Origin: Octopus bimaculoides
Lineage: Eukaryota
Assembly: GCF_001194135.2 (NCBI RefSeq)
Contig: NC_068999.1
Location: 40,279,553 to 40,318,191, forward strand
DNA: 38,639 bases
Reading direction: 5' to 3'
A program made the position numbers and the translations under genes. Below the pieces are notes generated by a model that was not told the DNA's origin, did no database searches, and saw only the letters and a program-made list of their open reading frames with translations. This document shows, piece by piece, positions 11,115 through 21,836 of this stretch (its first letter is position 1; each line of letters starts with the position of its first letter).

Positions 11115-11263
11115 CAACAACATCGAAAAATACCTTAGGAATGAGAACCCAAGTTCGAAATTTTCCCAGGACACCTGAAGAAAGTTGGAGAGTATATCAA
11201 CCGAAACGTGTTAACAACAAACAAGATGAGGACAAATATCCGTCAAATGTAAATAATGTAAAT
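10971..11263 (+). mobile_element. Right arm of head-to-head SINE dimer
   Basis: A-box-like TTGTGGTTCAG, anticodon-like loop CTACTAA, B box GAGTTCGATTCC (11022-11033), (AAT)n at about 11048-11110, second GTTCGA at 11153, hammerhead-like tail. Confidence 0.88.
11170..11212 (+). ncRNA. Minimal type I hammerhead-like motif lacking the cleavage triplet
   Basis: GACAC-CTGAAGA-a-AGTTG-gagagtatat-CAACC-GAAAC-GTGTT. Stem I GACAC/GTGTT can pair, stem II has 4 of 5 pairs, both core boxes are present, and no NUH lies between GAAAC and stem I. Confidence 0.55.
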
Positions 11264-11279
11264 AATGAGAGTCGCTTTA
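11264..11279 (+). repeat. Right copy of 16-bp direct repeat (putative TSD)
   Basis: Exact match to 10612-10627. Confidence 0.9.
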
Positions 11280-11461
11280 GTTTTTCATATATTGTGCCTC
11301 ATCATAGGTGAGTTCCATTATTTGTTTTTCTCGAGTCCTTAGGACACATTAGGCCGGTTACACCGATTCAATATTACAGTATATCTCCTAAATAGAACGT
11401 CGGTCTGTTATGCGGTTCGTGGCCAGCAATTTTTGAAATGAGGTAAACATCCGTTCTTGAA

Positions 11462-11603
11462 TAGTACTTTATTTAATCGACCACAAAAGGATGAGAAGAA
11501 AAGTTAACCTCGACGAGATATGAACTGAGAACATAATGAGCCAGAAAAGAAACCCCTAAGCATTCTTTCTTACGAGTTAGTGATTCTGCCAGCTATCCGC
11601 CTT
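11462..11603 (-). mobile_element. SINE family 2 copy, degraded
   Basis: GTACTTTATTTAATCGACC...GATTCTGCCAGCTATCCGCCTT matches the reverse complement of the plus-strand copies at 29130-29525. Confidence 0.8.
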
Positions 11604-12960
11604 TTAGGTGTATTTCTAGTACTTATCTTGTGTTCTTTGTACATTTGTTGCTGATGATAACATAAAATAGCAATCAATAGTATTGTTCAATATTCTAAAA
11701 CAACATCTCATTTGCAACATTTTATTACCGCAGCACAAACCAATAAATACGATTACTTTTACATATATTTATTTATGATAATACAGACAATTTGTAAACA
11801 TATGAGTCCAGAATAGGTAGATGATCTTTAATATTTATAATACTAGGAATTTTATGAATATCTTCTTAGATTGTACGTGAGAAATTAAATGGAGTATTTC
11901 TACGAAACTAAAATAACATTTAAGCTCATTTCAGATTGATTCGTGGACCTTATAAATACTATCCGTTGTCCGTTCTACTTATAAGTATTTTTATACTGCT
12001 GTAGGTTCTATATATTAAATTCGGATATTTATATACTCTCCGTAACCCCATGTTATTGCATATCCCTTACGTCATAACACGTATCCCCTCATAACATACA
12101 GTAACCGGTATTCACAAATTGTCATTTAATCTGAATACCAATTAAGATTTGGGAAACATTTCAATTTCCACGGAACGAGAGCGGTAATCCAAGACAATAA
12201 CTTCAATAAGATCGCTTTTCCTGTTAAAAATAGCAATCGACAGTTTCTTAAACTCTTAGCCTATCATATTAGAGAAACGAGTACACATTTAATAATATAG
12301 TCGTACAATATAAATTAATCTCACAAACAAAATCAGCAGACAAATTGCGAATGACAATTTGTCACGGATAATTTGAATTAGGATCCACCAAGAGATAATA
12401 AATACAACAACGAAATACCGCTTATTACAAACTTTAGATAGAAGTACATGGTTTATTTGCCCAATAAAGAAAACTTATGTGTTTTTAGTACTTCAGAAAC
12501 AAAAGCTGTGAGTGGAAGATGAAGGAGTCATGAAAACGTATTTCAGTAGAAGGTTTATTGTTTATATTTAAAGTTTTAGTCATGTTGCTAATAATGTTGG
12601 TTTGAGAAAACAATTTCCTATCTCCATCAGCTACAACAGACCTACCCGAGATTCGTTTTAGAATCGTTAGCACTTCGCATAAAAATGACGAGCAGCATTT
12701 GTGCAGTTCTGCATTGAAATACTGCGGTAGTTAACTCTGCCTTTCAGCTTTTCAGTTCCGATAACATAAATAACGTTTGAGCACCGGAGTTAACAGAATT
12801 GGTTATTCCTCTTCCCTAAAATTACTGGCCTCTTACCAAAATTTGAAACCATCATTTCAAAATGCGTTTTTGCCGCCAGAATTACAGTCCAAGATTCTCG
12901 ACAACCTTATTGTCTGATTTACGTCGGAAATAATAGAAAACGTTTAGACAGAAGGGATAT

Positions 12961-13095
<135 letters not shown>

Positions 13096-13840
13096 GGTGA
13101 TGATGATGATGATAATAATAATAATAAATAAATGATTTAGTAAAATTGAGCGTTTAAAAACTTTGAAACAAAAATTGACTTAGGCTTTCATCTTATATCA
13201 ACACCCCCCCACCAGGATGTCTATCTATGATAAGTGCAAGTAATATAGTTTAGTCGATTTAACCGACGATAACTATTCCACTAAACAAATTCGATTTGTT
13301 CTTAGTTTAAAAGACTTTATTGTTCGTAAATCAAGAACAATTAGTAGCTGCACTTCATCTAAATGCCTTGGCATTCACTTCATTATGCTTAGTTCACGAT
13401 AATTGCCGGGACAATAGTGCTATAAAAGTGACGGCACAATAGTAGCATACATTTGCCGGGTCAATAACATGTTAAAATGGCAAGCTCTCGTAAAATTCAT
13501 TGATCGATGTTTTCAACTATTTAATTACTTGATGCCATGGCATGTATACAAGGTTAATTTTATAGCTCCACAGACAGTGGTGGAGGGTGGTGCATGAGGG
13601 TGTGTGTCCGTCTGGCTATAGTATGTATTTATGTAAGTATGTGTGTATGTGTATGTGCGTGCGTGCGTGTGGGTGGGTGTGTATGTGCGCGTGTGTGTGT
13701 GAGTGTTTGTGAAAATCTATCGTTATCAAAGTGATTGTTAGATAGATAAACTAAAATGCATATGTATAACTTGATCAGTTGAAGTAAATATATATCAATA
13801 TACAAAGTGATACACACATGGACACACACACACACACACA

Positions 13841-14457
13841 NNNNNNNNNNNNNNNNNNNNNNNNNNNNNNNNNNNNNNNNNNNNNNNNNNNNNNNNNNNN
13901 NNNNNNNNNNNNNNNNNNNNNNNNNNNNNNNNNNNNNNNNNNNNNNNNNNNNNNNNNNNNNNNNNNNNNNNNNNNNNNNNNNNNNNNNNNNNNNNNNNNN
14001 NNNNNNNNNNNNNNNNNNNNNNNNNNNNNNNNNNNNNNNNNNNNNNNNNNNNNNNNNNNNNNNNNNNNNNNNNNNNNNNNNNNNNNNNNNNNNNNNNNNN
14101 NNNNNNNNNNNNNNNNNNNNNNNNNNNNNNNNNNNNNNNNNNNNNNNNNNNNNNNNNNNNNNNNNNNNNNNNNNNNNNNNNNNNNNNNNNNNNNNNNNNN
14201 NNNNNNNNNNNNNNNNNNNNNNNNNNNNNNNNNNNNNNNNNNNNNNNNNNNNNNNNNNNNNNNNNNNNNNNNNNNNNNNNNNNNNNNNNNNNNNNNNNNN
14301 NNNNNNNNNNNNNNNNNNNNNNNNNNNNNNNNNNNNNNNNNNNNNNNNNNNNNNNNNNNNNNNNNNNNNNNNNNNNNNNNNNNNNNNNNNNNNNNNNNNN
14401 NNNNNNNNNNNNNNNNNNNNNNNNNNNNNNNNNNNNNNNNNNNNNNNNNNNNNNNNN
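13841..14457. other. Assembly gap
   Basis: N run after (CA)n. Confidence 0.99.
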
Positions 14458-14603
14458 TACATACCTATAATAATCGTCCATGTAAAGTGACTGAAATTCT
14501 CCGCTTTCATGTTATTATGTGTCTTATACAAACACGTATTTCGAATGATTTGTTTTATAACAATATATTACAACTTCACATTAGTTCACAGATACATATA
14601 TAC

Positions 14604-14608
<5 letters not shown>

Positions 14609-14648
<40 letters not shown>
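14609..14648. repeat. (CT)n microsatellite
   Basis: Directly visible. Confidence 0.97.
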
Positions 14649-14649
<1 letters not shown>

Positions 14650-14862
14650 ACCCCGTCGATATATAATAATACGCGCATGTGTATTATTAAACATTTCTTG
14701 GAGTACTGCTAAAACGTGTTTCCCTGCTAATTGTTCAAAATCGTTGCGCTCTATGTTCAGATCATTTCGACATCAATAATACGTTTTATTCATAATATAT
14801 ACTTATACGCACTCACACATAGTATAAACATAGACACACACACATAAACACACAAATGCACA

Positions 14863-14916
14863 CATGCATCTATACGCACACATACATCTATACGCACACA
14901 TACATCTACACGCAAG
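14863..14916 (+). repeat. 18-bp minisatellite x3 (CATACATCTATACGCACA)
   Basis: Units start at 14863, 14881 and 14899, with 1-3 mismatches. Confidence 0.9.
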
Positions 14917-16377
14917 CACACATTTCAGTTAAGTGAGTCACTGAAGGGAGTACGGCCTTGATGATTTTACCCGATGAGTTCAACTACATTACTAATTATC
15001 CGCAAATTTTGCTGAGGCTTTAAGTTAAATGGACTTCAGTAAACCAATACCGATTGCCAGGGGCTGGTGTGAGGAGAAAAAAAAAACAGACATAGATACA
15101 CATTCATACACACACGCTGCTCAGATTTTCCCCTTCAAACTGATTCTAGCGTTTGGTTATATTTTGGTTATATTTTCGAAATAAAATTGCACTTAGTTTT
15201 TTAAGCTCTGACGAATGTATGGGGAAATACACAAACAATCACTGATGAGAGCATTACATCTTATAACAGCAACAACTGTTAGATGATGAAGTGCAATACA
15301 TAGTTTTTTGTACCTTTGACATGTGCATGATCTGCGAAATAAGTTTGAATCGAAAGCAGCGGGGTTGCAAAGTGAAGTTTTTGACCGCAGAGCTATGTAT
15401 GCTTCCTGGGTCTATACACGCACACACACACACACACGCACACTCACATATACTCACATAAACACACAAACGATATTATTCTTCAATAATTGCAGCATTT
15501 CAGCGCCAATAGTAGACGCGGTTATCTTGCTTTATATTTTGTGTTCTTCATGTATTACATCAGGTATTGGTATCATTTTCTTTTAACATTTACGATTTGA
15601 TAACTGATATTTTAATTTCAGTTTCTGAGATTTTTGTTTTTGCTTTTTATTTGTCGATGCAAAACTTGTTTCTGTGTTTAAAAAATTAAAATTGAATTTG
15701 TTGCCTAAACATATTTGGTGGAAATATTCTAAAATATGAAAAAATATCCTCCACATGAGAGCTAGCAGATTCTAAATACTGAAAAAAGTAACAGAAAGCA
15801 GGCTAGTGAAAGACCAATGTGGGATTTGAAATCTTTCTGGGTATTTTAGAGTCTAATTTTTTTATTGTGGCGGTAAACTTTTGAATTATACATAAAACTA
15901 CTGCATAAACTTATTAATTATTTAATTACTTCTTCTAAGAATCCGTTTATTATATTAACGATATTATATTGTTATGTTATCATATAATTTTATATAACGT
16001 TGTTATATAGAATTATAATATCAGACACCATTTTCATATTAAGTAACTTTATGTAATTTATTATGATAAACTAAATCAATAATTGTTGTGGAATGTAATT
16101 TAAAGTTTATGATTTTAGTAGTCATCCATTTAGGCGAAGAACTATGTAAAGTAGCCACAGGAAGATTATTTCATAACGGTTGAGAGACAAGGGATGGCAG
16201 ATTTATTGACTAACACATGGTTTGTTTTGACTTACCTGACCTACTCTCAATGTATAACGTTGAGTAAGCTAGAGTTATACATAAGGAGTGTTTCGTTCTC
16301 CTTTAGTAGCATTGAAAATAAGTTAAGGGATATTTGTGTGCAATTTCCAGCTGTTAATCAAATGAATATTCATTTAT

Positions 16378-16558
16378 TCCTTTATTGCCCATAAGGGGCT
16401 AAACATAGAGGGGGAAAACAAGAACAGACAAAGGGATTAACTCGATTATATCGCCCCCCCCCCCAGTGCGTAACTGGTACTTATTTAATCGACCCTGAAA
16501 GTATGAAAGGAAAAGACGACCTCGGCGGAATTTGAACTCGGAACGTAGCGGCTGATGA
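16378..16558 (-). mobile_element. SINE family 2 copy, 5'-truncated
   Basis: GTAACTGGTACTTATTTAATCGACCC..GACCTCGGCGGAATTTGAACTC matches other copies in the window. Confidence 0.85.
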
Positions 16559-17424
16559 ATTATAATCAAGTGAATATTGAATGTTCAGTAATTTTGCATG
16601 ATATCTGCAAACACCATTTGCCGAACGGTGATATCAATTGTTGTTCATCTGTAGAATCCAATGAGATAAAGTAAACATAAATATTTACTAAGAAGCATTT
16701 TATAATTATTTAATAATCTCCTCCTATGGCGTCATATGACAATCCTATAAAGATCTCGCCAAAATGCCTGCATTGTATCGATATAAAGCTCCATAGAAAT
16801 TTAGTATAGAAATTAGGATTTGCCGGGCAACAATCGAATGACACATGCAAGTCAATGAACAAGCCAGCAATGTTAAATTAGAAGTCAGCTTTCTCTCCTA
16901 AACATACTAATTGCTTAAATTACATTAGGCGAATGAAATCATATTGTATTCCACACTGTAAAAAGAGAATGCATGGTGTCATTTGAATATGATGTATGAA
17001 GAATCGATTATTAGTAAAGAAAAGACTGATACAAAGCAGTGTAAGCTAGGGATCAGGGCGATATTGAATAGACTAAGGCTGATATAGAGTCAATGAAGGA
17101 TATTGTGAAAGTGTGGGGACCACAACTGATGTAAAATAGATTGAGGTGGGGGAAGAAAATAACGCATGATCGGACTTAAGATTTTAGGGGCTTTTATAAT
17201 TAAAATCTTATCAGTGGATAAACGTTTGCATTGCGTTCCCCAAGTGGTTTAATTAAGAGTCACATAGTAAATTGAAGCTACACCAATATGCATCTACTTT
17301 ACTAATGTTGTTCAGTGTTTTTCAGTATCTGCCTCGCGATACATAATTGTGTGTATATACGTATATATGTATATATACGTGTCTGTTTGTGTGTGTATTT
17401 GTGTGTGTGTGAGTGTACATGGAA

Positions 17425-17489
<65 letters not shown>

Positions 17490-17490
17490 T
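17425..17490. repeat. (TA)n/(TATG)n microsatellite
   Basis: Directly visible. Confidence 0.95.
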
Positions 17491-18790
17491 AAAGCAAACC
17501 GAAAATGGAGAACTGAGTATAATATGGGTATAATATGCTTACATATGTATGCCCAGTGTTAACATAGGTAATGATACCAGTAGTAAAACGAAGATATCTA
17601 CTCCTTAGACTGTGATTCTAACCTCTAACTCGACTAATCTTATATATATATATATATATATATATGTACCCATTTATACATGTATTTGCGCGCGTATGCA
17701 TTCCTGCATATGTGTACATCTGATGTATACATACATGCATGCCTAAATCTATCTATTCTTTCCCTTATTTCACGTTAATAATATTAAATTACAAATAACA
17801 ATAAATTACTAAATAGAAAGTTGAAAGTGAATTGAGTAAAACATGCTAAGCCTGCGTAATGAATGATTGAAAAGTTCAATTACCGCAATGTGCACCAATA
17901 ATGTGTACTTGCATGTTGTTACGCTCATTGAATGATTTAGTTACCTCGCATGTTCTCATTGTTCACGCATGCCATGTTCATCTTCATCATGCTACATTTT
18001 GCCTTGAGAATTTTGTATTAATATTCCGTAACAAATAAGAAGGAAACGCTGACGGTAATTCAAAGAATTCAGAAACAATCAGTTTGCTAACAAATAGGAG
18101 GCCATAGAGGAGCAAAAAAGGGAAAACCTAAATTTCAAGATTTAGCATCAAAGATACCATTGCCTGTTTTTTTTTTCTTTTTTTTTTTTTTTGCATTACT
18201 GAATTTTATCCAGGAGATTTATGATTAAAGAAAGAAATCCGTATGAAATATATTTTGCGAAATATACCGAAATGTTTATCTAAAATGGTCACATTTTTTA
18301 AAAGAATGGTGTAAGTTTTTATTACTATGCATATAACTACAGAAGCACAACGACTAAACCTGTCTAATTCTTGCCCTGTTATATAAGTTTCAATCTTACC
18401 TATTTCAAGAAGGTTAAAAATAAGGTGAATGCGATGGGGTATACACCATAAGTAATACTTGACATTATAATAATAAATAGAAAACGCCAGATGGTTAACA
18501 TAATTTGAAAGTTCAAGAGTTGCTACTAGAGCCTATTTAGAATTTGCAAATTTCACAATACTCGAAATAAATATGAGAACGGAGAAATGAAGTTTGATGC
18601 ACAACCTCAAAAATATGTAATGCTGCAGAAAATGAATTATCTTGAGAGCACGTTCTGGTAACATTTATCTGGTGGAGTCGGTTTAAATTATGGTGATTAT
18701 ATATCTATTCATAATTGCTGAGTGATTACAATCGATTAGAAAAAACAAAAACGTAAAGAAATTAAGATTTGGAGATTGTCATGCACAGAT

Positions 18791-18895
18791 GGTGCATTTC
18801 TCTACAAATTACGAAGAACTGTCCATATGGGAGCGGCCTATTCCATTTTTGGAGAGAAATTGAGGTAGATACTTGGAGATGTGTATTAGTAACGA
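18791..18895 (-). mobile_element. Penelope-like RT C-terminal remnant
   Basis: Minus-strand translation with frameshifts: TNT..KYL.....LPYGQF(L)R...C, resembling the PLE motif KPTxTxxYL..SxHP..IPYGQFLRxRRxC. Confidence 0.4.
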
Positions 18896-19244
18896 ACAGT
18901 TTCATTATTGGAGAGAGAATGAAGTAGATAATTATTAGTGGAAGGCTTTAGTCAACACGAAATGGTGTGATCTCTAATGGACTGTAGTAAGGAAAGGTCA
19001 TCACTATGTGGAAAGACTGTTTTCGTTTGCAGGGAAATATACCGGATGAGCATCTGTTCTTGAAAGAGCTGAAAGGCATTCTCCACACCTTCCATTTTGT
19101 TTTTCTACTGAATTATGCTTAAAGATATAAATGTCATAATCTAAACTCATACACAGTATTTGGCATGCGGGAGTGTGTATGTATGTCTGTATATATATAT
19201 ATGGGGGGTATAAATATACAAATATACAGAGCAGTAGGTAATTA

Positions 19245-19250
19245 GATAGG

Positions 19251-19314
<64 letters not shown>

Positions 19315-19550
19315 CAGGTACAAAGATAAATAGATAGAAATATTAGGTAGATAGACAGACAGACACACACAGAGACACACANNNNNNNNNNNNNNNNNNN
19401 NNNNNNACACACAGACACACAGATAAATTGATAGATAGATAAGTAGATAGTTCATGTAGTTAGTTAGTTAGTTAGTTAGGTAGGTAGGTAGGTAGGTAGG
19501 TAGGTAGGTAGGTAGGTAGGTAGGTAGGTAGGTAGGTAGGTAGGTAGGTA
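19245..19550. repeat. Compound microsatellite (ATAG)(AG)(ACAG)..(ATAG)(TTAG)(GTAG) containing a 25-N gap at 19382-19406
   Basis: Directly visible. Confidence 0.95.
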
Positions 19551-20094
19551 TACTGAAGGATGAAATAAGTAGCATATGGAAACAATGATTGTCTCGGAGA
19601 GTCTGAATGTTTGAGAAGTTTCCAGAATTGAAAGAGTGTTCCAATGTCAAAGGCAGGTGTTGGATGTAGTTTAAAGGAAAATGTAAATTGCCTTACAACA
19701 TTTCTCTCAGGTTAGAAATTATCCAACGAAAACAGATATCGGCTTCCAAAGAAAATATCGCACAGTTTCTCAATATCTAATATAGTTATTTATCATGCTA
19801 TTTAATAACGCGGACACACATACACATATGAATGTGAACATACATATATATGTGTGTGTGTGTGTGAGCATGTGCTTGTGTTTGCGTGTGCGTTTGAGCG
19901 TGTACGTGTGTGTATGTGTGTGAGCGTTTGTGTGTGTGCGTGTGCTTGCATAAAACCACTCTATTCCTCTCTTAGTGAACAACTCCGGATAGAAATAAGA
20001 AGCCCAACGCTGTGATGTACACCGCATCTGTAGATCGGGTGGAGCACATCCTTCACCGATTCCAAGCATAGAAGATTACAGACAGGCAGGAATA

Positions 20095-20104
20095 AGAGAG
20101 AGCG

Positions 20105-20168
<64 letters not shown>
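20095..20168. repeat. (GA)n microsatellite
   Basis: Directly visible. Confidence 0.96.
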
Positions 20169-20173
<5 letters not shown>

Positions 20174-20994
20174 AAGGAAAACAAATTGAATGTGATAGAC
20201 CGACAGAGATCGTCATCAAATGTATATGGTTTCATATCAATTGTCTCCCGACTTGAACTTTGGAAAATAAATACCAAGCAGTCATGATGAGTTTAATTGA
20301 TGCTTTGTCGTGTCTTCAATGTAATCGGATGTGTATTATTCCTTCCAAAACAGTGAATTTTTCTCTAATACTGTTTAAACAACAACAAAACACAATCTTG
20401 TATTTACTTTATTCTTTTCTTCATTACAAATATGTTAGACACCCAATAACCACGAGCGAAATATTTAAGTCAATGGATCGCTCTGGATTGAACTCAATGC
20501 GTAGAGATTCTGAGCACGTATGGTGAGGCATTTTAGTCAATGCCCGGATGATTCTGCTAGTTGTTCGTTTCAGGAGAAACGTTGTCTTTTCCTCTCATCT
20601 AAAATATTTCACAGTTGCTGCCATTCTACACTAAGTCATTAGTCAATGTATACACTGATGTATAATGAGAAATCGCTTTGAAAGGAACAAACCATTGCGT
20701 AGTTATGGTTTCATATCTCTTTGATGAGTTTCAGTCAATGGATTGCGAATAAATCGACGACAGTGTTTCGTTCTAAGGCCGCTACTTATCTTCTTGCCGA
20801 AGTACTATGTTATTGGGATGTTATTAAATCTATTGTCAAGCGGTCGTGCAACATAGACAAGAACAAAACCTTACACACCCACATATACATAGTATACATT
20901 CATACACATATTTGTGTGCGCGTGTGTGTGCATTACATACGACGAGTTTTCACGATGTATATATGACAACCATATTCACTCACAAGGAATCTTA

Positions 20995-21090
20995 GCAAAA
21001 GACTCTTGACCAAAGTTCTTCGCAATGGGAGTCAAACCGAAAGCACATGATTGCAAAACGTGCTTCCTAAGCACACAAGCATGCCTGCGC
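20995..21090 (-). mobile_element. SINE family 1 head fragment
   Basis: Reverse complement GCGCAGGCATGCTTGTGTGCTTAGGAAGCACG..CATGTGC resembles 631-720. Confidence 0.7.
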
Positions 21091-21385
21091 TCGTATATAG
21101 CATTTATTAACCATATTTTCCGTATTACACTTGAGGGCCACATTAGATATTGAATACATTATCAATAAGGACAGTTTTTATTTAATGAGGTGAAATATAA
21201 GATAAATACTGAGGATAAAAAAGAAGACTAAAAGTTTAGTAGAATTAATATAGAGAAATCTTATTAGGTTTCAGTTTTTTCCCCACCAAAATATAGATGC
21301 CTTAATATTTGCAAAATAAGTAGATATGGAAGTAGACTATATCTACAAAGAAATAAGTATTGATATGATTGCTTTTGTAGCCTAA

Positions 21386-21439
21386 CCAACTGGTAGAATC
21401 CCTAGGAGTAAGCCAAGAAAAAGATAGTTAGATAATATC
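21386..21439 (+). mobile_element. RTE-like LINE C-terminal remnant
   Basis: Translates PTGRIPRSKPRKR*LDNI, compared with the RTE-clade terminal motif PxGKRxRGRPRKRWxDxI. Confidence 0.45.
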
Positions 21440-21786
21440 CATAGTTTGATAGAACCATTTGGAGGAAATTCCTGTAGACTCTACACACATGACACTCCCT
21501 GGAACAGTGGTCGGATAAGATGGAGGGATGGATGTTTATGCTAGTCTTTATCATTAAAATTATGCTCTTAAGATGTACAGAATCAGTGTTGCATCGACGT
21601 TATAAGAGGATTAACGCATCTGCACGAAGACATCAGAAACTTGAGGAGAAGGCTAATAAAAATCTAATATGAAAACTAAATTAAATTCCTTGAATAACAG
21701 GATTATCTGACATAGTACACAACTACTAAACATCTACTAAGGTAAATATTTGGTAATTATTTCTTTATCTGCTCATACAATCATCA

Positions 21787-21791
<5 letters not shown>

Positions 21792-21830
<39 letters not shown>
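21792..21830. repeat. (TA)n microsatellite
   Basis: Directly visible. Confidence 0.96.

Positions 21831-21836
<6 letters not shown>

Noticed and set aside
10956-11178. Poly-Leu and poly-Asn ORFs
   Set aside because: They are the (AAT)n spacer of the SINE read on either strand.
10628-11263. MITE or foldback DNA transposon interpretation
   Set aside because: Ends are unequal (left arm about 35 bp longer), arms have Pol III heads, and a 16-bp TSD is longer than typical for cut-and-paste elements.
16970-17130. CR1-like RT motifs (GPHTFTI..., YSNDT) on the minus strand
   Set aside because: Motif spacing is far longer than in real RT domains.
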